64,000 bases of DNA from Dehalococcoidia bacterium (GCA_965207225.1 CBDBLV010000002.1:1-64000), one strand, 5' to 3'; shown: positions 20,301 through 28,326, counted from the stretch's first letter. Notes: a model not told the origin generated them from the sequence alone. Made by a program: numbers and translations.

Positions 20301-23146
20301 CCGCCGGAGCCGGCCCAGATCTGTACCCTCAGATCACGGGCGGCGTTGGAGTCGCCGATCTCGGCAAACTCGACGTCGACGCTGTTGAGGCGGTAGTGGC
20401 CGCCGTTCTTGCCCGTCGTGAACGACTGCGCGCGGTCACGTACGGTACTGGCAGTCGTCACGGTCAACGCCGCGCCGTCCGCCTGGCCCAGGTTGCTCAT
20501 CACCGCCGGCTCACCGGGCGGCGCGTTCACCGGCGTGGGCTCCACCCGGAACAGGGGCGAGATGCCGTAGAACGCGTGGTCCTGGGTGCTCGCGATGGTG
20601 TTGTAGCTGATGGGGCCGGTGTCCGCGTCGGTGGTCGAGAACCGTCCCCGCCGGGCGTTGCTGGCGCCCAGAGGGTTCGCCTCCTTCGCACCGTCGGTCC
20701 TGGTGCCCGTCCACGGCCAGTCGTTCGAGGTGCTCCTCTCGCCGCTCTCGAAGCGCCGGTCCGCCATCGCCCAGTTCTCCCAGGTGTCGGACCAGAAGCC
20801 GGCGTTGTTCGCCGCGACGCGCTCGCCGTTCAGCCACCAGACCTCCGCGTCCGTGTGCCCGGCGTTGTTGGGGTTGGTCCGGGTGTGGTCCCGGGCGTCC
20901 ACCGCGGCGGTGGAGCCCACCACCCGGAAGTGGTCGGCGTAGCGCCGGACGGCGGCGTGCCCGTCGCGGGCCGCCTCCCGCACGTGGGCGTCGTAGACGC
21001 CGATGTCGGCGGCGGTGGCGTCGCGGTGGTCTTCGGTCATGAACAGCAGCCGGAACGTCTCGCCCGCGCCCAGACCGAGCGGCTTCAGCGGCCAGTCGAA
21101 GGGCACGGTGTAGGAACCGTCCGCGTGGGGCAGCAGCCGGCCGTTGACTCCCATCGACAGAGTGGAGCCGCCGACCAGGGTGATCCAGTTGCCGCCCCCC
21201 TGCGCGCGGATGCGAGCGTCGTTGTTGATGCTCCAGCCGGGCGCCGCGCCCTCGTCCTCGGAGTTGCTCTGCGTGAACTTCACCTGGCTGTTGCCTTCCG
21301 TGAGTCCGGCTGCGTCCAGCACGACCCAGTAGCGGGTGTCCGCCTCGAGCGCGACGCCCGGGTGCGTGAAGCTGTACGTGCCGGCCTGCCGGTTCACGAA
21401 GGCGGGATTGGCCAGGGTCCCCACGACCGTGCCGGGAGCCCCGTTGGCACCTTTGTGGACGGTGACCGTCAGCTTGGAGCCGAAGTCCTCGGTGGACCGG
21501 TTGAAGGCCACGTCCACGCTGGTCAGGGTGTACCCCGAGGGGTTGCCGCCGGTGTCGAAACCCTGCGCCAGGTCCACGTGCAGGCCCTGCACCAGGCCGC
21601 TCGACTGGCCGGTGTTCTTCACCAGCGCCGGGTCGTCGTCCCGCACCCGGACCGTCGCCGTCCCCAGCGACGTGGCCAGGTCGTAGTCCGACCCGTCCAC
21701 CAGCGTCACCGTGACCGAGCCGTGGGCTTCGTCCACGTCGTCGCCGGTGGTGGGGATCTCCAGCGTCGCGGTGCCCGAGTCCGGGATGGTGACGCTGGTG
21801 GGCAGGGTCCCGTACCCGAAGTCCCCGGTCGTGGCCACCGTCACGCTCACCGGCAGGTCCGCCGTGGGCGCCGGGACCGCCGTCAGCGTGAAGCTGGCGC
21901 TGACGCCCTCGGTGACGGCGCCGCCGCCAAGGATGCTCACCCTCGACGGCCGCGGCTTGCTGACGCCGTCGAGGCTGATCTTCAGTGACGATACGTTGGG
22001 GGTCCACGCGCCCGTCGAGGAAGCCGTTCTCGTCCCAGCGCCGTCGGCGATGCTCCAGCCGGCCAGGCCCCCGCCGTCCTCGGCGTCCGAACCCGTCAGG
22101 CGTACCCTCGAAGAACTCTGGCCAGCGTCCATGTCGATCACGAGGAAGTAGGTGGCGCTCCCCTCAAGGTCGATGCCCGCGCTGCTGGTGAAGGTCAGCG
22201 TCTGGTCCGAGGTGGAGGCGGGGAAGCTGGCGGGGTTGGTCAGGGTCCCCAGCGAGCTGCCCGGAGACCCGCCGGAGGCGGCGTGGATGCTGGCGGTCAG
22301 CGCCGAGGAGCTGAAGGCGCTGTCGATGGTGGAGAACTCCACGTCGACGCTGTGCAGGGTGTAGCCGAAGCTGTTGGAGCCGCTGGTGAACGCCTGGTGG
22401 AAGTCATTGCCCAGAAATGAGGTGCCTCCGTCCGCCTGGCCGGTGTTGGCGACGAAGGTCTCCGTCTCGACCGTCTCGACGGCCGTGCCGTGGATGGTCA
22501 TCTTGCGGGACTGGCTGAACGAGGTCCAGGCGCCCGAGGTGTTCCAGGTCCGGTAGTGGCCGTCGTCGGCGATGGTCCAGCCGTCCGCGCCGCCGGCGTC
22601 CTCGGCGTCCGACGCGGTGTTCTGGATGGTGTTGGCGCCGGGCAACAGGACCAGCGTGACGTCCAGCACCGCCCAGTACGTGGTGTTCGCCGCGAGCGCC
22701 ACGCCCGAGTGCGTGAAGCTGTTCGTGCCCGCGGCGATCGTGCCGGGCTTGGTCAGGGTGGCGACCACCGCGCCCGGCGCTCCGCTGCTGTCGCTTCTGA
22801 TCTCGGCAGTCAGCTTCCCCGCCAGCGCGCCGTCGTTGATTTGCGGAAACGAGAAGTCGACGCCCGTCAGGGTGTACCCGCCGGCGTTGGCGCCCGTCGT
22901 GAACGCCTGCGCGTGGTCGTGCTGTACGAAATTGCCGGTGCCGCCGTTCGCCTGCCCGAAGTTGCTGGTCAGCGTCTGCGATGCCTGCTGCGCAGAGGCT
23001 GTTTCAGTCCCTCCAGACAGCAGCACGAACAGCGCCGCCGCCAGCAGGGTCAACGTGAGGAAGGTTCTGGCGGGGCGCCTCAATGAAAGAGAACCCCACG
23101 AAATGCGGGGGGGGGGGGGGGTGAAGCTCCGCAGCGCGTTGGTCAT
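14309..23146 (-). CDS. Giant secreted/surface adhesin-like protein (2,945 aa): signal peptide, four beta-sandwich domains, lectin-like domain, FN3 domains, Calx-beta-like repeats
   Basis: Signal FLTLTLLAAALFVLL..ASA; four (S/A/K)NxGQ...QxFxxG domains; LFMTEDHRDAT..YDAHVR lectin-like region; LEPDTEY/LKPKSHY FN3; repeated VTEGGDAxFTV...TDDxxDExDG...VxDND. Confidence 0.9.
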   Translation of the reverse strand: MTNALRSFTPPPPRISWGSLSLRRPARTFLTLTLLAAALFVLLSGGTETASAQQASQTLTSNFGQANGGTGNFVQHDHAQAFTTGANAGGYTLTGVDFSFPQINDGALAGKLTAEIRSDSSGAPGAVVATLTKPGTIAAGTNSFTHSGVALAANTTYWAVLDVTLVLLPGANTIQNTASDAEDAGGADGWTIADDGHYRTWNTSGAWTSFSQSRKMTIHGTAVETVETETFVANTGQADGGTSFLGNDFHQAFTSGSNSFGYTLHSVDVEFSTIDSAFSSSALTASIHAASGGSPGSSLGTLTNPASFPASTSDQTLTFTSSAGIDLEGSATYFLVIDMDAGQSSSRVRLTGSDAEDGGGLAGWSIADGAGTRTASSTGAWTPNVSSLKISLDGVSKPRPSRVSILGGGAVTEGVSASFTLTAVPAPTADLPVSVTVATTGDFGYGTLPTSVTIPDSGTATLEIPTTGDDVDEAHGSVTVTLVDGSDYDLATSLGTATVRVRDDDPALVKNTGQSSGLVQGLHVDLAQGFDTGGNPSGYTLTSVDVAFNRSTEDFGSKLTVTVHKGANGAPGTVVGTLANPAFVNRQAGTYSFTHPGVALEADTRYWVVLDAAGLTEGNSQVKFTQSNSEDEGAAPGWSINNDARIRAQGGGNWITLVGGSTLSMGVNGRLLPHADGSYTVPFDWPLKPLGLGAGETFRLLFMTEDHRDATAADIGVYDAHVREAARDGHAAVRRYADHFRVVGSTAAVDARDHTRTNPNNAGHTDAEVWWLNGERVAANNAGFWSDTWENWAMADRRFESGERSTSNDWPWTGTRTDGAKEANPLGASNARRGRFSTTDADTGPISYNTIASTQDHAFYGISPLFRVEPTPVNAPPGEPAVMSNLGQADGAALTVTTASTVRDRAQSFTTGKNGGHYRLNSVDVEFAEIGDSNAARDLRVQIWAGSGGSPGSTAADVLADLARPSMPVGSADRTFTFTYQGDDGSGLRLEPNTTYWVYVYDASVQPNSTYTLRATASNSERLRGLRLPEGWSIGDGHSSWSLYPNPAVSWSTHSEALKIGLNLGAADAFVQFRTCAGTVSGNDCDTGWVIANYNRHDPPPTITLTEGGPAVTYQWQAVDPHERRHFYVASQVGEPLSHFGGYIGPGKPDRDRLMCHTGSRSPYNLGDPIVEGLGRDGIHFGYGSTAGPLLDRHDGCPFSSQSVYESDANKWRPVSLAAGQDSDAFDHGTFLIHRPHAVGHNFYENGVLYQVGGFDYPEVQVPLIIRDDDEWEQTLEFSIDDGTTWTSIEDGGLNLAFPASLNTGRKAHYFWVRTKNDPPADQDKRFSISADFAKPLLRSGTSEYFRSHRVWFTSPAASHLHTFRTDSAVSAGSVTVSRTPVQVDVHVGANVVGNVTFQVEGYKLYERSDNQISTETPPKTVRTDSFSFHRTLGSCVGCQRLLGDLPDPVVERVGDLSYANLSDTGIDLSWPQVVGAEGYEVRYWSTTSPFPGVPADEAWFGAEPNDPAWNIRHLEPDTEYRAVVYYADHGATQLSTASPVIRFTTLAAGSPVEAEPTSVIVERVPEVSISAAGGTITEGEDAVYTVTVNPAPDAPLDVRVGVAGPGSVVAAQHLGERTVNVPTGGSVSFTIPTVDDTGWGSNGMLGATVQFGEGYRLNRFRSYASVYIANNDLPPPPPVQLKRVSDTTATVAWKPQGDGASYLVVWHESFTGVPVLTEVTTTATEHQLTGLKPKSHYVVSVLHGTTQLDKITVRTLAAGATPKTFTVDFETPAPNTSVPLISVTADGNVTEGGDATFTVSANPAPAADLDVSVTVSQSDDSGISMEHRTVTIPSAGYAALTVATTNDEVDEPDGSVTVTVDASANLDYRVSSSQGTAVVVVSDDDGGYTVNQGTIARVKELASQTQHGAAHVNRWNRVLLAFGEHDGTGVTGGPMTASEAQDMADNHSSPVWDLVVVELTALEAAAAQTPPPPPTPEVSITAGSGVTEGGDAVFTVTASPAPTANLDVSVTVSQSGDYGAATGQRTVTIPTTGSVTLTVGTTDDNADETDGSVTATVNAGSGYTVSSSQGAATVAVSDNDAASTPVVSVSAGGGITEGGSASFTVSANPAPAANLDVSVTVSQSGDYGATTGQRTVTVPTTGSVTITVGTTDDTTDETDGSVTATVNAGSGYTVSSSQGAATADVADNDDPVVEEQTGYTVDPDVIAKVRELASQTQHGTAHVNRWNRVLLAFGEHDGAGVTGGPMTASEAQDMADRHSSPVWDEVVTELTALEAASAQTPPPPTPEVSVTAGSGITEGGDATFTVTASPAPAANLAVSVTVSQSGDYGATTGQRTVTIPTTGSVTITVGTTDDTTDETDGSVTATVNAGSGYTVSSSQGAATVAVSDNDDAPTPVVSVTAGSGVTEGGDAVFTVTASPAPASNLDVSVTVSQSGDYGATTGQRTVTVPTSGSVTLTVGTTDDTTDETDGSVTATVNAGSGYTVSSSQGAATVGVADNDDAPTPVVSVTAGSGVTEGGAASFTVTASPAPASSLAVSVTVSQSGDYGATTGQRTVTVPTTGSVTLTVGTTDDTTDETDGSVIATVNAGSGYTVSSSQGAATVGVADNDDAPTPVVSVTAGSGVTEGGDAVFTVTASPAPASNLAVSVTVSQSGDYGATTGRRTVTIPTTGSVTLTVGTTDDTTDETDGSVTATVNAGSGYTVSSSQGAATVGVSDNDDAPTPVVSVTAGSGVTEGGDAVFTVTASPAPAANLAVSVTVSQSGDYGATTGRRTVTIPTTGSVTLTVGTTDDDADETDGSVTATVNAGSGYTVSSSQGAATVGVADNDDAAPEVEITVTVEAASAVEGDVLEFRVRLSETSTEEIRIRWNTAPAYHLLDDRAHMTDYQYTEGELVFAPGVTELTAEVWLEYDDDEEPDEYFAVEAYLPGTLYPPDAVGTMTIVDDD
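14664..17820 (-). repeat. 327-bp (109-aa) intragenic tandem repeats: 5 + 2 near-identical units, 1 diverged, plus a duplicated ~90-aa helical spacer
   Basis: CCGTGTAGCCGCTGCCCGCG recurs at 14713, 15040, 15367, 15694, 16021, 16624 and 16951. Confidence 0.95.
23107..23121 (-). repeat. 15-nt homopolymer (G15 on +, C15 on coding strand) in first codons of adhesin
   Basis: Read directly; encodes T-P-P-P-P-R ahead of the signal peptide. Confidence 0.9.
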
Positions 23147-23323
23147 GTCGTCGAACCTCCTGTGTCGCCCGACTTATGCCACGACCCCTGCGGGCGCTGG
23201 ATCAGTAGTATTTCTAGCTCATGTCAATATGTGTCGCAAGCGACCAGTGTATATAATCCGCCAATCTGGGGTTGGTTGTCAATGGGGTCCGGGTTGGATT
23301 GGGGACGGAAAGGGTTCGCCTGC

Positions 23324-23559
23324 TCACCTGGCCTGGATGACGACGCGCCCGCCATCCTCTACTTCCATGTACAGGCTGTGGCTGCGGAGCCGCATACCGC
23401 TTCAAGGATATACCCGCTGATGGCCCATTGACCGCTCTCCACGTCTATGGCGACGACCTTCCCGTCGTGGTCGGCCTCGCCCTGCCGCCGGATGTCGCGC
23501 TGGTATATGTCCTTGCCCAGGCGGGCGGTCTCTTCCTTCGGTCGGCTCGGCGGCACCAC
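23324..23559 (-). pseudogene. Deletion remnant: small DUF5678-like protein N-half joined to C-terminus of a clan AA aspartic protease-like gene
   Basis: RPKEETARLGKDIYQRDIR..GKVVAIDVESGQWAI, then in another frame GMRLRSHSLYMEVEDGGRVVIQAR*. Family calls from recall. Confidence 0.45.
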
Positions 23560-23697
23560 AGGGGGAGACAGGCCAACCAGCTATCGCCTATACTCTGGAC
23601 CAACTGGACTTCCCAGCCGTATTTCGAAGGACGGTTCTGTCCATCGTCAAGATAGGCCGGGTCGATGGGAATCGAATTTCATGACCTCCTGTAAGGC
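23559..23697. other. Putative attachment-site scar: recombinase-like C-terminal peptide (+) running into a degenerate tRNA 3' half (-)
   Basis: + frame ..PAIAYTL...VLSIVKIGRVDGNRIS*; minus strand GCCTTACAGGAGGTCATGAAATTCGATTCCCATCGACCCGGCC. Confidence 0.45.
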
Positions 23698-23837
23698 TTG
23701 AGGTTCCCCAATCCCACTGTCCATGAGTACCTGAGTTTTCCGTTGCTATTGCGTTGGTCGTATGACGGCATAAGGTGAGTGGGGATGATGGGGGTCGGGG
23801 GCCGAAAGCGTGGTTTCGGCGTGCTAAAATCGCGGGT

Positions 23838-24455
23838 ATGAGCATGGGTCTGGATAGCAATGGGCGTCGGTTGGCGGAGCGGGTGGGGGAAGTAGTCGAG
23901 AGTGATTCGACGGCGTTCGAGGCGCAGTGCTACCGGCTACAGGAGCCTCCTGCCCTGGGGAGCCTTGTGGTGGCGGATGATGGAGAGATGGAGGTGTTAG
24001 GGGTGGTGTCGGGGGCGGGGACTTCGTCGATACAGCCGGGGAGGAGGGCGCTGGCGCGGGGGGAGGACGAAGAGTCGGTGGAATCCCTGTATGCGAACAA
24101 TCCGCAGATAGAGAAGCTGTTGATGACTGCTTTCAGGGTGGAGATTGTCGGGTACGGGGATGCCGGGACGATAATTCAGCGGCTGCCGGCCCGACCACCC
24201 AAAGTCCATTCGTTTGTGTATGGGTGCTCTGCAGAAGAGCAGGCCGCATTTGGGGAGTCGTTGGAATTTCTTAGCATTCTAGTCGGGGGTAGAGGGGAGG
24301 CAGGGGACCAGCTGATCGGGGCTTGCTTGAGGCAGCTGAGCGCGGCGACAGATGACCCCCGGGAGTTCCTGGTCAGGGCAGGGAAGGCGTTGACGGTGAT
24401 CTGGGCATCGGAGCCGCAGAGGCTGTACACGCTGCTTGCGGGGATAAGGCCGTGA
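23838..24455 (+). CDS. HAS-barrel domain protein (HerA-associated)
   Basis: VGEVVESDSTAFEAQCY..PPALGSLV..LPARPPKVHSFV; GTGA overlap with herA. ATG 7 nt after TAAAAT. Confidence 0.8.
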   Translation: MSMGLDSNGRRLAERVGEVVESDSTAFEAQCYRLQEPPALGSLVVADDGEMEVLGVVSGAGTSSIQPGRRALARGEDEESVESLYANNPQIEKLLMTAFRVEIVGYGDAGTIIQRLPARPPKVHSFVYGCSAEEQAAFGESLEFLSILVGGRGEAGDQLIGACLRQLSAATDDPREFLVRAGKALTVIWASEPQRLYTLLAGIRP

Positions 24456-26071
24456 CGGAGGGGCAGTTGGGTCGGGTGGTGGGGGGTTCCCTGAGCGAGG
24501 GACTTACTGTCAAGCTGGACAAGGACTCCTCGATAGAGGACATGGCGGTGGGTCGGTACACGGTAATCCAGGGATCGGGGAAGAGGTTTTTCGGGATGGT
24601 GACCGACGTGACGCTGGAGAGCGTCGACGCCCGGCTGTCGGCGTTCCCGCCGGACCCACTGGACCCGTTCGTAGCGGAAGTGCTGTCGGGGACGGCGCTG
24701 TACGGAGGGCTGAAGGTCAGCCCGATGCTGACGATTGGGGCTGCGGAAGCGTCGGGGCCGGAGCCGGTGAGGACGATACCGGGGCACTTTTCCCGGGTGA
24801 GGGAGGCGTCGGAGGAGGACATGGCGCAGGTCTTCGGGAGCGAGGACGAGCGACACTTTTACGTCGGGAACCCGCTGGACATGGAGACCAAGGTATGCCT
24901 TGACCTGGAGGAGTACGCCAAGCGAAGCAACGGCGTGTTTGGGAAGAGCGGTACGGGAAAGACGTTCCTGACCAGGCTGCTTTTGGCGGGGTCTATCCAG
25001 AAGGGGACGGCGGTGAACCTGGTCTTTGACATGCACAGTGAATACGGGTGGGAAGGTCGGAGCGAGGAGCGGTACAAAGTCAAAGGGCTGAAGCAGCTTT
25101 TCCCTTCCAAGGTAGCGGTGTTCACCCTGGACCCGGACAGCTCACGGCGCAGGAGGGTGAGCACGGACTACACGGTGAGGATCGGTTACGAGGAGATCGA
25201 GCCGGAAGACATAAGTCTGCTGAGGGAGACGCTGAACCTGAGCCAGGTTGCGGCGGATGCTGCTTACATGCTGGAACGGGAATTCGGGAAGGGGAAGTGG
25301 CTGGAGCGCTTTCTGCACTATGGGGAAGGGCTGACGGAACTTGCCGACAGGATAAACGTGAACCCGGCGGCACTGGCAGCGTTGCAGAGGAGGCTGGAGA
25401 TTCTTCGGAGGATGGACTTCCTCTCCGAAGGAGGGGGAAGGGACGCGGTAAAGCAGATTCTCGATCACCTGGCGAGGGGGATGAGCGTGGTGCTGGAGTT
25501 CGGGAAGTACGAAAACAATTTGGCCGCATACATCCTCGTTGCTAACCTGCTTACGCGCCGGATACACGACCAGTATGTTCGGAAGGCGGAGGCTGCACTG
25601 GGGGAGGGGGGCGCGGAGCCGGAGCGGCTGATGATCACGATTGAAGAGGCGCACAAGTTCCTGGGGCCGGGACTATCGGGGCAGACGACGTTCGGGACGA
25701 TTGCCAGGGAGATGAGGAAGGTGAACGTGACATTGCTGGTAATCGACCAGCGCCCGAGCGGGATAGACGAAGAGGTTATGAGCCAGATTGGGACGAAGAT
25801 ATGCTGCCTGCTGGACAACGAAAGGGACGTGGACAGGGTGCTTTCGGGGGTGTCCGGGTCGAGGCAACTGAAAACCGTGCTGGCGGGTCTGGACTCGAAC
25901 AGGCAGGCGTTGATATTCGGGCACTCGGTGCCGATGCCTGTGGTTATCCAGACCCGGGAATACGGTGCGGAGTTCTACAAGTCGGTGCAGGGGCCGGTGG
26001 CGGCGGAGGTTGGGGTGTCGGGGGACGGGGCGGGGTTGAGTGCGGACGATCTTTGGGGAGCGATCGAATAG
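24452..26071 (+). CDS. herA: HerA-like (DUF87) helicase/ATPase
   Basis: N-terminal HAS barrel, Walker A GKSGTGKT, FDMHSEY, Walker B ITIEEAH, IAREMRK, IDQRPS. Confidence 0.88.
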   Translation: MTEGQLGRVVGGSLSEGLTVKLDKDSSIEDMAVGRYTVIQGSGKRFFGMVTDVTLESVDARLSAFPPDPLDPFVAEVLSGTALYGGLKVSPMLTIGAAEASGPEPVRTIPGHFSRVREASEEDMAQVFGSEDERHFYVGNPLDMETKVCLDLEEYAKRSNGVFGKSGTGKTFLTRLLLAGSIQKGTAVNLVFDMHSEYGWEGRSEERYKVKGLKQLFPSKVAVFTLDPDSSRRRRVSTDYTVRIGYEEIEPEDISLLRETLNLSQVAADAAYMLEREFGKGKWLERFLHYGEGLTELADRINVNPAALAALQRRLEILRRMDFLSEGGGRDAVKQILDHLARGMSVVLEFGKYENNLAAYILVANLLTRRIHDQYVRKAEAALGEGGAEPERLMITIEEAHKFLGPGLSGQTTFGTIAREMRKVNVTLLVIDQRPSGIDEEVMSQIGTKICCLLDNERDVDRVLSGVSGSRQLKTVLAGLDSNRQALIFGHSVPMPVVIQTREYGAEFYKSVQGPVAAEVGVSGDGAGLSADDLWGAIE

Positions 26072-26104
26072 GGGTCGGGCAATACAAATAGGGAGATTGA
26101 CGGG

Positions 26105-27001
26105 ATGAAAGTCGGATTCATAGGGCTGGGAAACATGGGCGGGCCGATGGCGATGAACGTAGCGAGGGCCGGGTTCGAGATGACGGTGCTGGACCTGGTA
26201 CAGGAGCGGATGACGCCGCTGCTGGAGATGGGGGCGTCGGGGGCGGGTTCGGCGGCAGAGGTGGCGGCCGCAAGTGACGTTACATTCACGTCGCTGCCCG
26301 GGCCGCCGGAGATGGAGGCCGTAGCGATAGGGAAGGGTGGGGTCCTGGAGGGGATAGGGGAGGGGTCAGTGTACGTGGACCTGACGACGAACAGGCCTTC
26401 GCTGGTGCGTCGGATTGAGCCGATGTTCCGGGAGAAGGACTGCGCGATGCTGGACGCGCCGGTAAGCGGCGGGGTGCCGGGGGCGGTGGCAGGCAGGCTG
26501 GCGGTAATGGTTAGCGGTGATGAAGAGACCTATGAGCGGTGCAAGCCGGTGCTGGATGCCATAGGGGACAAGGCGCAGTACTGCGGCTCTATCGGGTGTG
26601 GGACGATATGCAAGCTGGCGCACAACGCGATCAACTATGCGTTCATGGAGGCGGTGGGCGAGTGTTTCACTGTGGCGGTGAAGGCGGGGGTGAAACCGGA
26701 AGTCGTGTGGAAGGCGGTGCGGGACGGCGCGGTGGGGAGGGGGGTGGCGTTACACGTGAGCATCCCCGGCAAGGTGCTGACGGGAGACTTTTCGCCGGAA
26801 TTTGCGATCAAACTGGCGACGAAGGACGTGACCCTGGCCTCGGAGCTGGGGTAGGAGTACGGGGTGCCCATGCCAACCATCGACCTGGCCCTGAAGGACT
26901 TACAGGAGGCGATGGAGCGGGGGTGGGGGGAGGATGACTCGAGGGGAGTGATCAGGTTACACGAAGAACGGGCGGGGGTGGAGCTGAGGGCGGAGGTATA
27001 G
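26105..27001 (+). pseudogene. 3-hydroxyisobutyrate dehydrogenase-family oxidoreductase with one in-frame TAG at 26852-26854
   Basis: GFIGLGNMG, DAPVSGG, KLAHN. Frame continues ASELG*EYGVPMP...GWGEDDS..EERAGV to TAG at 26999-27001. Confidence 0.85.
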
Positions 27002-27017
27002 GGGCGTAGGAGGCGCC

Positions 27018-27962
27018 CTAGCGGATGCGGGACATGGCGACGTCGGCTTCCTGAACCAAGACCTTGACCACGTCCGCGGCGCTCATGACCTCGTTGACTA
27101 CGCCGGCGCTGGCGCCGCAATAAACCAAGCCGTCATCAATGGCGCCATCAAGAAGGGAAGTGCGGGTATGTTCGTCCGAATGTGAATTTGTACCACGTGC
27201 CCCGTTGGTGGAATTACCGAGGTGGTCAAAGGCGGTGTTTCTGAGGAGTCGGACGGGCCGGGTACCGACTGTTGCGATGGCGGTACTGGTGTCGACGGCG
27301 TTGATGATGGCGTCCTTGAAGTTGGGGTGGGCGACGCATTCGTGGGTGGCTACAAAGCGGGTGCCGATATAAGCGGCGCTGGCCCCGAGGCCGATGGCTG
27401 CGGCCAAGCCTCGGCCGTCTGAAATGCCGCCTGAGGCTATGACGGGTATTTCGATCGCGTCGACGACCTGGGGCACGAGGGTGAGGAGAGAAAGGTTGTC
27501 GGTGCTGCCGGGGCCGGCGGCCTCTGTACCGGTGGCGATTACGCCGTCGGCGCCACGGGCCTCGGCGCTGCGGGCCTGGTGGACTGAGCCGACAACGTGA
27601 AACACGGTAATCCCTGCGTCCTTGAGGTGACCGGTGTGGTCTGAGGCGTCGCCGCCAACGGTAACGACGATGGGAACGGCCTGCTCAGTGGTAATGCTGA
27701 CCAGGACGTCGAGGAGGGGGTGGTCGGTGAAGAGGCATACGCCGTAAGGGCGAGGGGTAAGGGCCTTTATCTTTCGGAGCTGGGACTGGAAGTTCTCAAT
27801 TTCATCGCCATCCTCGGGGAGGGCGGCGTTGGGTGTGATCATGCCAAGGGCGCCGGAATTGGATACGGTGGCGGCCAGTTCGGCGTTGGAGACCCAGGGC
27901 ATGCCCGCCTGGATAATGGGAGACTGGATGTTGAGGGACTTGGTGAGTCGGGTAGCTTTCAT
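27018..27962 (-). CDS. Nitronate monooxygenase / FabK-like FMN oxidoreductase
   Basis: PIIQAGM, GTEAAG, PVIASGGISDGRG, IGTRFVATHE. Confidence 0.88.
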   Translation of the reverse strand: MKATRLTKSLNIQSPIIQAGMPWVSNAELAATVSNSGALGMITPNAALPEDGDEIENFQSQLRKIKALTPRPYGVCLFTDHPLLDVLVSITTEQAVPIVVTVGGDASDHTGHLKDAGITVFHVVGSVHQARSAEARGADGVIATGTEAAGPGSTDNLSLLTLVPQVVDAIEIPVIASGGISDGRGLAAAIGLGASAAYIGTRFVATHECVAHPNFKDAIINAVDTSTAIATVGTRPVRLLRNTAFDHLGNSTNGARGTNSHSDEHTRTSLLDGAIDDGLVYCGASAGVVNEVMSAADVVKVLVQEADVAMSRIR

Positions 27963-28143
27963 TGCTCCTCTTTGGTAAGCCGATCCGGACTAGAGCATTA
28001 CGCCTGGGAAGCACCTCAATCTGCCGAGATAGTACACGGTAGTGAGCTGACTTCAAGGATATAATATAACTCAACGGATGAGGAAAGGTTAGAGAGGGCA
28101 GAAAAGGGCGCAGGACAACATCTCAGATCCTGGAGTTTCCGAG

Positions 28144-28326
28144 ATGAAAAAGGACTTAATGAACATATTGGCGTGTCCGGAATGCAAAGGCGAATTGCGC
28201 CTGGACGTGGAAACGGAGGTGGGTGGGGACGTGATATCGGGTGCGTTACTTTGTTCGAAGTGTCCGCACAGCTACCCGATTATTGACTCGATACCGAATT
28301 TTCTGCCGCAAGAGATGCGGCAATAG
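28144..28326 (+). CDS. Trm112-like protein
   Basis: LMNILACPECKG..LLCSKC..YPIIDSIPNFL. Confidence 0.88.
   Translation: MKKDLMNILACPECKGELRLDVETEVGGDVISGALLCSKCPHSYPIIDSIPNFLPQEMRQ

Larger units (their letters stand above)
1..23697. mobile_element. Degenerate integrative conjugative element / genomic island (left end outside window)
   Basis: Conjugation-type genes, two IS elements, many pseudogenes and a giant adhesin. Composition changes abruptly near 23.7 kb, where a recombinase/tRNA-like scar lies. Confidence 0.7.

Noticed and set aside
20500-21130. DGR target in the lectin-like domain
   Set aside because: No reverse transcriptase and no adenine-variant template repeat seen in the window.
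13970-21988. Very long + strand ORFs (781 aa, 1,872 aa)
   Set aside because: Antisense shadows of the GC3-rich repetitive adhesin; Arg/Gly/His-rich with no motifs.
23654-23697. Functional tRNA gene
   Set aside because: No 5' acceptor or D-arm, and the T-stem is mismatched; kept only as a possible att scar.
26852-26854. Genome-wide amber reassignment or pyrrolysine
   Set aside because: TAG ends most core genes at the expected positions; no pyl genes in window.
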